Shown: piece after piece, positions 1 through 12,395 of the stretch
How the letters are laid out: the number at the start of each line of letters is the position of its first letter
Position numbering within the stretch: position 1 is the stretch's first letter
Source of the DNA: Octopus sinensis
Taxonomy: Eukaryota
Reading direction: 5' to 3'
Assembly (NCBI RefSeq): GCF_006345805.1
Contig: NC_042997.1
Coordinates: 114,328,001 to 114,392,000 of the forward strand
DNA: 64,000 nucleotides
Made by a program: the position numbers and the translations under genes
The notes under the pieces: model-generated
Told to the model about the DNA's origin: nothing
Databases searched by the model: none
What the model saw: only the letters and a program-made list of their open reading frames with translations

Positions 1-724
1 TTGGAAGTGCTATCATGTACATTGTTTTGTCTTGGTATAAAAGATGGGCTAGAGTAAATATTCTGCTCAATACAGATTTGCTTGTCAGTTGTTTGACCTT
101 AACCAGTTGACCATGTCCCTTAGTGGCTGACGATATGTGCATCTCTGATCACAAGCAGAAGTAGTGGGGGAGCATCATAGCCATGTGTTGAAAGGAATTC
201 TTTGGAAACATGGGTGGTTTGTTCAACATCCTTAAACAATCCTTATTCAGGGACCTTTTGAGTGGGATGGGTTACTCTACCAGAAGAAAATTCTAACTGG
301 GCCCCACCTGCAAGGTCATGCACTGTTTATCTTGATATGAGATCACCAAGTTGCGCACATATGGTTGTGCATGTGCATGATGCATGTGCCTGGTGTACCC
401 TTATCAGACGGGTATACTGGGCTTCGTATATTTTACCCCAGTGTCACTTTGATGGCATGCACTGCTCTCTCACTCAATAATAATAATAATAATCCTTTCT
501 GCAAAATGTACAAGGATAGATATTTTGAGGGAGGGGGCTAATCAATTATGCCGACCCTTATGCTCAACTGGTGCTTATTTCATTGACCTCAAAAGGATGA
601 AAAGCAAAGTCAAACAGAGTAGAATTTGAACTCAGAACATAAAGGCCAAAATAATTGCTACTAAACATTCTGCTCAGGATGTTAATGATTCTGCCAAATA
701 ATGATAATAATAAACCCAAGTTAC

Positions 725-833
725 CAAGAGATGCAAGAAATTCATGACAGCCAGGAATCTGCCACAACTTCACATTGATTGGAACTTCGATGATATTTTC
801 TTTGGCTGTAACTCGAATGAGGATATCGTGCAG
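725..833 (-). CDS. TTC28: TTC28 exon, last in window (109 nt, phase 0 to 1)
   Basis: Acceptor catttcag|CTGCAC and donor CTTG|gtaact. Translates LHDILIRVTAKENIIEVPINVKLWQIPGCHEFLASL, matching the TTC28 motif LWRLPGCHEFLAALG as I recall it. The gene continues below position 1. Confidence 0.9.
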
Positions 834-2049
834 CTGAAATGAAACAAATTGGAGTTAAACAATGACAAATAATATCATCCTCATCGGCATCATCATCATT
901 CAATGTCCATCTCCATACTGGCACAAGTTGGACAATTCAACGGAATCTAAAGAACCATAGAAGTGTATCATTCTCTAATGTCTGTTCTGGTGTGGTTTCT
1001 ATAGCTTAATGCTCTTCCATAATGTCAACCACTTTACAGAGTGTGTTGGGTGCTTTGTTTTCCCCATACCACTGGTACCAGTGAGGTCTCCAAGTAACTT
1101 GTAAGACAAAGTTCCTCAACTGAATGGGGGAGCAGTATAGGGGGAGGTGGTTTTATGCCAGGCTGGATAGAGGTACAGGAGCCTTGCTGTTGAGGAGACA
1201 CATGGCTACTCCATTCGGAAAGCAAGTTACAAATGGTGTTGTTGAGGCGTCAGGGTATGCCCTAGAGGTGATCATAAGAGAGGAATAGGGAGAGAGGATT
1301 GAGAAAGGTGGGGAAGTTCATGAGAGTGTGAAAGAAGAGTGACAGAGAGTTAAAATGCAGTGAGTGGTGAACAAGAGTAGCAGAATGGAGGATGGTGAAT
1401 ATCAGTTTGGTGGGGAAAAGGAAATAAGAGCAGATTAGGGTGGAGAAGGTGATATGTGATAATACAACAAGATGGGGGTGGAGAGCAGCAGTACATTAAA
1501 ACCTTAGATAGATGAAAAAAATGTGGAGATGAAGTGAAAAGGGGATGGAGAGAGAAAGATGCACAGTGACAGAGATGGAGGTCAGAGGTACATAGGGATG
1601 GATATAGAGAGTGACAACCAAAAGTGTGGGAGTAGGGTGTCAATGACAGATATGAGAGGATGTTTAGAATGACAACAGATATGTGAGGGTGTAAGGGATG
1701 TGGTAATGGCAGTCATAAGATATAACTCAAGGGAAAGGAGATTTCATGGAAAATAAAGTGGAAAGGAATGATACAGAGAATGTGGATAGGTGAGGAAAAG
1801 TAGTTCCAAGAACAGGAGATAATTGGAAGCACAAATGAAATAGCTGTTGTAATTATATGAGACTAGAACTGCACAGGAGTGATGGAGAGATGGGTGTTAG
1901 GAAAATGTGATGTGGGAAGGCTCGACAGGAACACATTGGGTGCAGTCATATAGACATAAGTAACATGCAAACAGGACCTTCGTTTTGCTAAGAGAGATGA
2001 GTTTTCTTGAGTATAGCAAATCACCAATCATCACAGTCCTTTATCATCT

Positions 2050-2530
2050 CTTTCAAGAAGCTCAACAACCTGAGGAAAAGCCTTCTCTACTTTGTTCCAT
2101 GCTTTCCTAAGTCTCACTCTTTCAAAAATTTCATCCACATTTAGCAATTGGCACTTTTTTTATGCAGCTGTCCTCGTCCATACACATCACATAACCATAC
2201 CAGCACAGTTTTGCACACTACGTCTGATTCCTCTTGTGCATAACTTTTCTCTCAACACATTTGCACTTTGTCAGGCATGCAAAACTGACATTGCACATCC
2301 AGCCAAGCATGCTAGCTTCATTTCTTTCTAATCTTTGCAATGTCCTCCACATCCACGGCACACTTTTCACTACCCTATAACATTGCTGTTTGTACACAAG
2401 TATCATACAATCTACCATTCACCCTGCAAGAGAGACTCTTTATTACCCACAAACGTAACAGCTCTCTTCACTTTCTCCAGCCAATTTATATTCCAGCAAA
2501 TTTACTTTTCAGAACTCTCCTACTGTTAAT
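2050..2530 (-). mobile_element. RTE-like LINE remnant (C-terminal part of reverse transcriptase ORF)
   Basis: ORF 2218..2418 contains RLERNEASMLGWMCNVS, typical of RTE-clade C-termini. The region is disrupted and the boundaries are approximate. Confidence 0.65.
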
Positions 2531-2567
2531 TAGATTTTGGACAATATACGAGACTAATTGTACGTAC

Positions 2568-2644
2568 TGTTGTTATTATAGCTTCTCCAGCTTCATAATT
2601 GACTAAAAATTCAGACAGTGCTGTGATGGAATTTGATGGTAGAC
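2568..2644 (-). CDS. TTC28: TTC28 exon (77 nt, phase 1 to 0)
   Basis: Acceptor tatttctag|GTCTAC and donor ACA|gtacgt. Translates GLPSNSITALSEFLVNYEAGEAIITT. It is needed to join the phases of its neighbours and is absent from the ORF track. Confidence 0.85.
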
Positions 2645-2983
2645 CTAGAAATAAAAATAACATATTTTCGTTGAGTTACTACAAATTATATAAAAATAGA
2701 AAATTATAGATCTTGTGAAATTATTTTACCAGTTAGTTAATTTGAACAGGCAATATACTAGGCATCCTCAAGATTATCATTTATCGGTTATTTCTAAATC
2801 AAAGTGGATAGTGTTTAGGTTCTTGATAATTCTAAGAAAAGCTACTTTGGTAATTATAGCGTCATGGAAAGCTAGAATTAGTAATTGTTGAACTTGGAGA
2901 ACTAATACAACACAAAGTGAGTAATTCTGAGAACTGAAAGGTATTTTTGGACTCAATGCCTATGACTAAGAGAATGTACAGTA

Positions 2984-3310
2984 CATCATCATCATCATCA
3001 TCATTATCGTTTAACGTCCGTTTTCCATGCTAGCATGGGTTGGACAGTTCGACCGGGGTCTGGAAAGCCAGGAGGCTGCACCAGGCTCCAGTCTGATCTG
3101 GCAGTGTTTCTACAGCTGGATACCCTTCCTAACGCCAATCACTATGTGAGTGTAGTGGGTGCATTTTACGTGCCACCCGCACAGGGGCCAGATGAGGCTG
3201 GCAAACAGCCACGATCAGTTGATGCTTTTACGTGTCACCAACACGGATGCCAGTCGGTGGCGCTGGCAACTGCCACATTTGGATGGTGCTTTTAACATGT
3301 CACTGGCGTG
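2984..3310. mobile_element. SINE-like family A ((CAT)n-gtttaacgtccg...cttcctaacgccaacc)
   Basis: Dispersed repeat. Same-orientation copies at about 3773-3962, 28110-28222, 29862-30160, 36422-36890, 42076-42580, 47938-48381 and 53190-53484. Confidence 0.85.
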
Positions 3311-4017
3311 GGTATCTTAACTACAATTTCCACTTACATAAACACAAAAGCACACCCCCATGTGGTTGCATCTTCTGTTGGAGTATCATTGATGTCTAGG
3401 AGGTTGAGTCTCGGCCTTGCTATGCAGTTGTATGTCTTTGTGATGAGGAAGGCCCATGGCAAGAAGGCACTACATCTTAAGAGGAGAGTGAAAGAAAGTG
3501 TAAAAAGGCGGTTGGACTAGGACTATGTTCACAGTATTTTTCCATTTTTTCTTTCTCAGATGAAGTGCCTCATTGTCATGAGCTCTCATGATGCTGAAGA
3601 CATACAACTGAATGGCAAGATCAAGACACCATCTCCTAGACATTGATGATACCTCAACAGAGGGTACAACTGCACGAGTAAAAGGAGAATTACCCCCCCC
3701 ACACACACACATGTATAGATTCTCTTTCATACTCTGGATATTTTTCAGTAGCAATATTTTCAAAAGAATGAACATCATCATCATCGTTTAACGTCCGCTT
3801 TCCATGCTAGCATGGGTTGGACGATTTGACTGAGGTCTGGCGAACCAGATGGCTGCACCAGGCTCCAATCTGATCTGGCAGTTTCTACAGCTGGATGCCC
3901 TTCCTAACGCCAACCACTACGAGAGTGTAGTGGGTGCTTTTTACATGCCACAGGCACGAGGGCCATACTTCCCTCCCATTTCTATATTCAAATATATGCG
4001 ACTGCACACATTTTTTG

Positions 4018-4050
<33 letters not shown>

Positions 4051-4352
4051 AATGGTGTCATATAAAATACATGAAGTAAAATTAAATAAAAGGCAAAGTA
4101 TAGCCTTCATAAATTTGCCCAAATACCTCATCAATAAATGTCAAATTATATAGATTATTGGTAAAGGCCATTGAATCACTGCCTATTTATTAATCCATGA
4201 CAAATGCAATACATATCAGTTAATAGGCAGTTATTTTACACCTTTTCCATTTCTTTCACAACACATTTCTTGTTTGTTGATTGTTATGTTTCGGTATTAT
4301 TATGTAGAAGCAATACACACTCCTGTACAGAACTATATTAAAGACAACTTAC

Positions 4353-4584
4353 CCAACAGGGCTTGAAGACTTGCACTAGCTCGCGTTAATCTATCACCGG
4401 GATCAGTCTGAGGGAAAAACACAGCTACTGGCAGTCCATTAGCGGCTGATTCAAAGCGAAATCCAACAGAATGTAATAAATCCTTCCAGCCATTGATTTG
4501 ACCAACTTTGTTTTCAATACTTTGATACATGGTGTACATTGGATTCTTAGCACCTTGATGAATTCTTTGGAGTGACTTTTCAAT
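4353..4584 (-). CDS. TTC28: TTC28 exon (232 nt, phase 0 to 1)
   Basis: Acceptor ttccaacag|ATTGAA and donor TTGG|gtaagt. Translates IEKSLQRIHQGAKNPMYTMYQSIENKVGQINGWKDLLHSVGFRFE...DPGDRL. Confidence 0.93.
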
Positions 4585-5099
4585 CTGTTGGAAAATTAAT
4601 TCATTTTAATTTTCTTTTTTTTTTTGCTCCACATTTACAAAAAATACATAAGTTACTTATTATTAACTTTTAAAATACATTATATATTTAAGTAGTGGAA
4701 AGGTAAATTATTAGCCTATATCCTGTCCTAAGCTGTATGCCAACACAGACTTTTCTATTGATCAAGAAATGAATACTAATTAGATTTTATGAGTGAGTAA
4801 TTGGTAGTAGAAATATTAATTAGAAGTAAAACACTTTCTCTAATAATTTAAGCAAACAACAGATATAACCAGGACAGCCTAATTCAGGCTGACACGGAAA
4901 AGTTAGAAGTCAAAGGTGAAAAGATTAAAAAATTTGTAAAAATATGTTCATAATGAAAAGCTTAAAAAAATTAGTTTTTACTTATTTATTAAGTCTGATT
5001 CAAATATAAAATGCTTTTCTCAATGCTAGAATTTTCAAATTTCCCAAGAAAATTAAAGTTATTACTAAAAACGTTGAAACTTCAGAATGGATTACTTAC

Positions 5100-6056
5100 T
5101 AGATGTAAAAGAACTCGCATTGAGTCACGGCACTGACTGGGAGACTGAAGAAGTTCACAGATTGCATGTCCCATGAGAGCCATTTTACTGCTGAGCGTGA
5201 CATCTTTACCAACTAGAACCCAGCCTCCCCAATTACTTGGGTGACTGAACTGTTTAACAGCTTGCACAGCTTTAATTGCCATATGTAGTGCCTGGGTCAC
5301 TGTACGGCCTTCTTGCAACATCAAGTACATTGTTTTCATTAATAGTTTGGAAGCTTGATCAGGGACTTGCCATAGTGAATACAACACACATTCAGCCCCA
5401 ACAGATAACAGTGCTCTTGTCAAACCGACAACACCATCAGAATTGATTCTCCCTGCACGGTCATGTGTATGTCCAGAGTTTAAAACAACTAATTTGGCAT
5501 GTAATTTCAAGTTCAAGATGTCTGCAGCAGTTAGGAGATATTCAGATAAAGATGGTGAATCTAAAGCGGCCACATTGTTGCCACTGTCATCGAGTTCATA
5601 AGCAGAGTTAAATTGTGATGTCGATGATGAAGATGATGAAAGTTCCCCTGGAGATAGAATAATAGCAGACAGCTTCCAAGAAATGTGTGCCGAAATGTGA
5701 ATCACCTCAACATGCTCTATTTGTTGTAAAGTGGCTGATTTTGTTGCTTCTAGTCCAATAAGAGGTTTTGCTGTCAGCAGTTCAGCCACTATCCTGGCTT
5801 CATACTCTGATCCAGGAATGTCTTTAAGTTGCCACTGTTGCTGGATAGCTGGTGTCAATTTCGGATTCCCAATAACAATGGCACCAGAGGAATCAATAGT
5901 AGGCCGTCCATTGGCAGACTGATGGCTGGATCGCTGTAGAGCTGTTATTGATGGCATGATAATTAAGTTGAATCTCTCAAATAGATGGTAATTGTTTTCA
6001 CTGCGTCTCAGCATTGCAAATGGAACTAAATATAGATCGCCTTGAAGAACCAATAC
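5100..6056 (-). CDS. TTC28: TTC28 exon (957 nt, phase 0 to 0), CHAT (caspase-like) domain
   Basis: Acceptor ttgtcaag|GTATTG and donor CTA|gtaagt. Contains the motifs LVLQGDLYLVPFAML, HISAHISWKLSA, DGVVGLTRALLSVGAECVLYSLWQVPD and FSHPSNWGGWVLVG. Confidence 0.95.
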
Positions 6057-6309
6057 CTTGACAATGAAAGTTAAGAGAAAACAAATATTAGTGATATTAA
6101 GAATGGAACATATGTACATAATCACTTAGTTAGCAATATAATATATAAAAACGAGCTTATTGTATACAGTGCTCAGGTGCACTAAAAGGGGATGGCGATA
6201 GGGTAGGGGTGAGAGAGAGAGGGAAAGAGATGAGTAGAGGGGAGTAAAATTCAAGTAAATGCACTTTGAAAAGAAGATGAAGGTGGCTCTGTCAATAAGT
6301 GTGATCATT

Positions 6310-6779
6310 GACAGAGCAGCTAACCGGCTTCCGTGCCAGTGGCACTTAAAAGGCACCATTCGAGCATGATCGTTACCAGCGTTGCCTTACTGGCACTCGA
6401 GCCCCGTGCTAGTAGGATATTAAGAGCATCATCCGAGCGTGATCATTGCCAGAGCGGCTATCTGGCCTCCGTGCCGGTGGCATGTAGGAGGCACCATTCA
6501 AGCGGGATTGTTACCAGCATGGCCTTACTGGCACCTGTGCCGGTGGCATGTGTAAAAGATTCGAGTGAGGTCATTGTCAGTACCACCTGACTGGCCCCAT
6601 GCTAGTGACATGTAAAAGCACCCACTACACTCTCAGAGTGGTTGGTGTTAGGAAGAGCATCCAGCTGTAGAAACTCTGCCAGATCAAGATTGAAGCCTGG
6701 TGCAGCCATCTGGTTCGCCAGCTCCCAGTCAATCATCCAATCATGGAAAGCGGACATTAAACGATGATGATGATGATGA
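6310..6779. mobile_element. SINE-like family A, opposite orientation
   Basis: Reverse complement of the family A core. Other copies in this orientation at about 9530-9660, 43660-44155, 45045-45478, 59120-59397 and 62148-62235. Confidence 0.85.
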
Positions 6780-6826
6780 TTCCAAATTATAATCAAAAAA
6801 GGAAAAATAGTTGTCGATGAACTAAC

Positions 6827-7217
6827 CAGATTTTTGTTGTCCACTCCATCCATGGCAGTTTTTAAAGAATCTTCAATTGGAGCAAATAGCAAATCATAAA
6901 GAGCAGTAATTGGTGACTTGTCTTTCTGTCTGTTCTTCATGCTATTTCTTATGTTCATGATGGTTGGATTGATGCCATTCAGACCTGCTGACAGACTAAA
7001 TAAACTAGACAGACTATAGTTGCTGCTGTTCAGAATATGATTCCGGTTCACCATTCGTAAAAACCCCGTCCTGTCATTTTCTGCATTCAATTTATCACCA
7101 ATCTCTTCTAACTGTTGCTGCCAGGATTCCTCAGAGTCCTGATTGTCAAGACTGCCGAAGCTGCTACTGCCCCCCATTCCACTATGAATAGTGGAGCGGG
7201 AACATGATCTTGAAAGT
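6827..7217 (-). CDS. TTC28: TTC28 exon (391 nt, phase 2 to 0)
   Basis: Acceptor tttgatag|ACTTTC and donor CTG|gttagt. In frame with ORF 6602..7177 (FLRMVNRNHILNSSNYSLSSLFS...PITALYDLLFAPIE). Confidence 0.88.
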
Positions 7218-8254
7218 CTATCAAAGTTAAAAAATGAACAGCGTTAAAAAGTAAACATGGTAGCAATTTTAATACAATATGGACATAAATTTGGGAAATT
7301 TACATTTAATGTAATTACTTCAATTCTTTTCAAGCCCTTCTCATTGTACTTACTCATAATATTCTTTCACATTAATATTTCCAAAGAGCATTAAAATAAA
7401 TTCTCACTATTCATCAAAATCTTGTATTATTCAAACTATTTATTTTCTTCTTAGATTAGGTGTTGTTGGTTTTTTTTTTGTAATGTATTTCTTGAAACAA
7501 CTAAAATATTGTTCCCCTTAAGATCTACCTCTCACATTCAGGTCTCATCTAACTGTTTTTCATGCATTTCACTCTGTTGATGAGCAAGCAGAAGTAAGGT
7601 CATGAGGTCCCTTTAGTTGTGTCATGGACATGGCTACCTCTGCATTACTGGTGCCACAAAATATTCACCCAGTAAACACTGTAAATTGTAAGGTTTGGAG
7701 GAAAACCTCTGAAGGATTCTTCAGTGTCATTAAGGATGTGACATTTCCCTAGAGATGATGCAAAAAAAAAGAAAAGAAAAAAAAGCACCAATGCATCATG
7801 TAAAATGATTGGCATTAGGAAGGGTGTCCACCTATAAAAATCAAGTCAAAAATTAAACTCATGAGTGCAATGTGATCATCTGATGCCTCAAGATGAACAT
7901 CACTCCTGAGTATGATGTGACTCCAATTGTGATGAGCTGTTCAAGCCATGCCAGCATGGAAAGATGTTTGAAATGATGATCATGATATATTGGTTGAAAC
8001 TTACTACAGTCTGAAATCACTGTTTAATTAAGTTATTAATAACCGTTTCTTCATAATTATATTTGGAGCATTTGATGCACACTTAGTCTATTTGAAGAGC
8101 TGATTCACCTGTTGTGCACACCCAATAATTATTGAAATAACGGTTCAGCTTCTTTAGTCATAAATTTATGAACATACCAAATAATTCAACACTCTATAAT
8201 TTATAATTGCAGAGATTCCATAATCAAACTAATGTTTATATATATATATATAAT

Positions 8255-9160
8255 GAAATTATTGTATACAGTGCCCAGGTGCACCACACTTGTCAAAAAT
8301 GCATATAAAGCATATGCAGTAATGTACAAATGTCTGGAAAGCGAACAGTGTACGAGTCAGATACATGCTTGCGTGTGTATGGAGAGGAGAAAATCAGGTG
8401 TAGTGTTAGCGAATCTTGGGAAGCATGGAAGTTTTGAAGGATGCACTGCTCCGACAACTAACAACTGATGCTGGCAGTTTGTTCCATGCTTCAGCAACTC
8501 TCAGCGTGAAAAAATGTTTCTGAAAGTCATGGGAGCTGTGCTGTTTTCTGACTTTGTAAACATGTCCATGGGTGTTAGAAAGGTGGAGTTTGAAAAGGTG
8601 CTCAGAGTTATTGTTAGTAAGATGGTTAATAATTTTATGGGTGTCTGCCAAATTAGCTGCCAGACATCAGAGTTTCAATGTATCCATGCCCAGAGAAGTA
8701 AGGCATTCAGAATATGGCAAATGCCTGATGGAGGGTATTCTCTTGGTTGCATGTCGCTGAACGGCTTCCAGATGATTAATATCCTGGGCAAGATAGGGGT
8801 TCCAGACTGGTGATGCAAATTCCAGGTGAGGTCTTACCATAGCTATATAAAGCTGCAGATAGATAGCCAGAGAGTGGCTCACAAAGGACTTGCTGAGTGA
8901 TGCTAAGACACCTTCAGCCTTCTTGGCAATTTTAGCGATGTGTTTTGTCCAACGCAAATCGCTGTTGACAATAACACCCAGGTCACGTTCACACGAAGAC
9001 TTTTTGAGAATAGTGTTGTGGAGGGAGTAAGCAGACACTGGGTTTTTCCTCCCAAAATGCATGGTGGTACATTTGTCCACAGCCAGCTTGAGTTGCCAGT
9101 CCATGATCCACTGCTGCATTGTGTCCAGGTCTAATTGCAATAGAGATCTATAGTGTACAG
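8255..9160 (-). mobile_element. CR1/L2-like LINE, 5'-truncated 3' fragment
   Basis: ORF 8667..9179 (KCTTMHFG, ERDLGVIV, VRPHLEFASPVWNP, LEAVQRHATK) and ORF 8406..8651 (FFTLRVAEAWNKLP) are separated by a stop. The tail gtgcacctgggcactgtatacaat recurs near 6160-6185 and 35641-35690. Confidence 0.88.
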
Positions 9161-9876
9161 GATCTGACCTCTTTATCATATGTTATCAATTTATTTTAGG
9201 GATTTTACACTTTTTCTCACTACATCGTATCAATGATTGATATAATTTCAACACAATATTAAATAGAATAAAGGATTCAAAAAGTTAATCACCAAAGATG
9301 TAATTTAATAGTGATTTTGAAACATATATTCAAAAGTAATTTATAAGACAGAAAATAAAGGCATTTAAAAGTAACTTGGATTTTATTGTAGAAACAGCCT
9401 TAGTGGCATTGTTCAGGGTTCTCCAATTTTTAAAAGGATGCAAAGCTAGTTCTAGCAAAATGTAAACTTTTTAAATTGATAATTAACATAATTATTTCTT
9501 TGAAATCCATTTTGCTGTTGTTCCGGTGGAATGTGAAAAGCATCCAGCTGTAGAAACCTTGCCAGATCAGATTGGAGCCTGGTGCAGCCTTCTGGCTTGC
9601 CGGTCTTCAGTCAAACCGTCCAACCCATGCCAGCATGGAAAGCAGACATGATGATGATGAAAGCAAAAATTTATTAGTAGTTTCTTTTATCTATTTGATA
9701 CCAATCCACCTGAGGGTTGTCTGATACAAACTTGCTTTAAAGTAATCTAAATTAAAACTTTCCATCAATATTTCATGTTAGTCTAAGTCCTAAGCATCAG
9801 CTTAATAATAACAAAATTTCATTCTTCATTATTTTCAAAATTAAGACAGAATGCTGTATTGAAAAGGTTAACATAC

Positions 9877-10048
9877 TTTGTCTGTCCTGCACTTGGGTCA
9901 TGACCTTCAACTCCTATAGATTCTCGTACGTCCCCAACATATTGATCAAGTAACGAAACTGTTGAACCAGCCAAGCTCTGAGTGTCGATGGTATCGGAAC
10001 TGCTTGATTCTATTTCAGCCATATTGCACTGATGAAATTTTATAATGC
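9877..10048 (-). CDS. TTC28: TTC28 exon (172 nt, phase 1 to 2)
   Basis: Acceptor tattttag|GCATTA and donor ACAAA|gtatgt. Translates GIIKFHQCNMAEIESSSSDT...VRESIGVE. Phases match both neighbouring exons. Confidence 0.87.
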
Positions 10049-10795
10049 CTAAAATAATAAAGAATAAACTTCATTATGAATATTATGATTTCCACACGAT
10101 CTCCAGAGAATATATTTGAAATATTTATCTCCACACAGTTTTGATCAGCTTGATCTCCACTTCTCATCAAATGTACCTGGTATCAGATTGGATTAAAAAA
10201 TAAAACCAATCAGTGACTGTACATACGCAGATTAAGAGATCTTATAATGAAATGACCAAAACATAATGTGGCCATATATAATTTCATAATATACTCTCTA
10301 GGTTTTATGTGTATAAACACACATGCTTGTGTATTTATACATTCACACACAAAATGTATTTTTAAAAAGAAGTGAATAGTCTATAAAATTACAATTTAGA
10401 TAATAACAAGGCAATGAAACATTTAAGAATAAATTTCAGTCTAACAGAAATTTTATAAAATGGATGTGATGCAAGGCTTAGAGAGGGAAAAAAAATGATA
10501 TGCCACATGTTAACATTCAGTAATTCTTTTACATCAGATTAAAAACAAAATAAGAATTAAATTCTCATAATTCATTCCAATAAAAAAATCTTCAACGACT
10601 TTTATTTGAAAACAACAAAATTCATGCGTTTTCCCATTAATTAAGGATAACTAATCATTCATGGGTTGCATGCAGAACAGAGAGAATCCAAACAATAATG
10701 TACTTATTCATTCCTAATACATTCTGGCCGATTTGAATGTGAATATCTGATTGCTCTTGTTTTCCATCAATGGAAAATACTTTTTCCCTTTAGAT

Positions 10796-11213
10796 CAGAG
10801 GTTCTCAACATGGGTGGTGCCACCCCCAAGGGGACACTTGGCATGTCAAAAGGGGCATTAGGCCTTAAAGGCAGTAAGATGGGGGGCAATGAGGCAATAT
10901 ATATTTTACCTATAGTAGTAATTATATTAAACATGATAAAACTTAGTCATGGTTATTAAAATAAAATGGGATCTCATCAGGCACAGACTTGCAATGTATG
11001 AAGTAAATTTACAACTTCTGTCTTCATTAATTTTTTATGATTTCATTGTTAAAAGCTTATACAACCCTTTTTTTTTTTAGAGTAAAATTTATAAATTATC
11101 ATCCATGTTAAGTTAGTTTAGTTGTGATACCTCACTCACCACTTAGGTAGGCGCTAGGTATAACAACTACTTGCGGGGAGGGGCTACAATAAGAAAAAGG
11201 TTAGGAACCATTT
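10796..11213. mobile_element. hAT-type MITE
   Basis: Starts CAGAGGTTCTCAAC and ends with degenerate GTTAGGAACCATTT. Identical 8-bp target site duplication CTTTAGAT at 10788-10795 and 11214-11221. Confidence 0.7.
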
Positions 11214-11445
11214 CTTTAGATGATGCATGTTCGCTACCCTTGTGGTTCACCAAGGTAAGGAGACTTTGAGACACCAGAGTATTTTGACCTTTATGCTCCA
11301 CATTCTTGCTGTTATTTAGAATGTTAATAAAATTTTGGTGATGCTATTTAAAGAGAATTATTTATTATAAAGGAGATAAGCAGTCACAGAGTTTAACATT
11401 TAGCAAATTTACAAAGGAAAATGTAAAAGCATTTTTCACACTTAC

Positions 11446-11704
11446 CATCCTTTGGTGTGATAACCCAAGTGTAAAGAAATCCTGCAGCAATTGAGTAAGA
11501 AAGGACAATGTTGTTTTGTTGGCTGACGATGCCCAAAATTTGATCCAAGGTGATGGGTTGTAAGTCATGGTTAAACTCGTTTCTCACAAATCCTGATAAT
11601 AAGTTAGATTGCCGCTCCAGGAGTAAATCTATGAAGGCTCGGGTGCAAGCTCTCTCAGCAACAACCAAGGCTTCTTCATTACAGTCCACTGCTACTAACA
11701 CTCG
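11446..11704 (-). CDS. TTC28: TTC28 exon (259 nt, phase 0 to 1)
   Basis: Acceptor ttaaccag|CGAGTG and donor GATG|gtaagt. Translates RVLVAVDCNEEALVVAERACTRAFIDLLLERQ...YSIAAGFLYTWVITPKD. Confidence 0.93.
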
Positions 11705-11731
11705 CTGGTTAACAAATAATAATAATATTAA

Positions 11732-11764
<33 letters not shown>

Positions 11765-11781
11765 TAGTAATTAGCTCTTAG

Positions 11782-12395
11782 GCTGTAACTGAAGGAGAAA
11801 ATGTAACTATTCTTTGGGACTTCCCAGTATATACAGGTAGGACCATCAAAGCAAACAAACCAGATAATGTTGTGAAAGACAAAAGCAATAAAGTCTGTTT
11901 ATTGATTGACATGAGCAAACCCTGTGACCGTAATATCTTGGCAAAAGAATTTGATAAGCTCAGAAAATATAAAGATCTGTTAATCGAAATTGAAAGGATG
12001 TGGCATCTCAAGACAGTTACAATACCAGTAATTGTAGGAGCACTTGGAATGATCAAAAACGGAATTGAAAATTATTTAAGAATGATCCCTGGCTTACCAT
12101 CCATACATGAATTGCAAAAGATTGTCTTAACTGATACGTCACACGTATTGAAAAGAGCATTGTCGCTGTGAATTTTCTTTCTTTTTTCCACCTTTATTTA
12201 TTTATTTACTTTATTTTTTATTTTTTCCTTTTTCTCTCTGTCTTCCCATTTTTCTCTATCACATGACCCTGTAAATGAACAATCTAGTGTGCTTGTTTTA
12301 ATGGCCTACCAATATATACAGTACATTTCTCTGCTCTGGTCGAGACTTGGAGCCAACTTGTACAAATACAAAGCAAAAGTCAAACATATAATAAT
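11782..12395 (+). mobile_element. R4/Dong-like non-LTR retrotransposon 3' fragment with restriction-like endonuclease domain
   Basis: Open frame 11782..12171 reads ILWDFPV...KANKPDNVVKDK...LIDMSKPCDRNILAKEFDKLRKYKDL...IPVIVGALG, a PD-(D/E)xK-type C-terminus. It is followed by a 3' UTR ending in a taataat tail. Confidence 0.8.

Noticed and set aside
6602-6826. Read-through of exon 6827-7217 into a SINE-derived C-terminus
   Set aside because: A donor at 6826 joins the CHAT exon in the correct phase. The extension is intronic SINE sequence with no support for retention.
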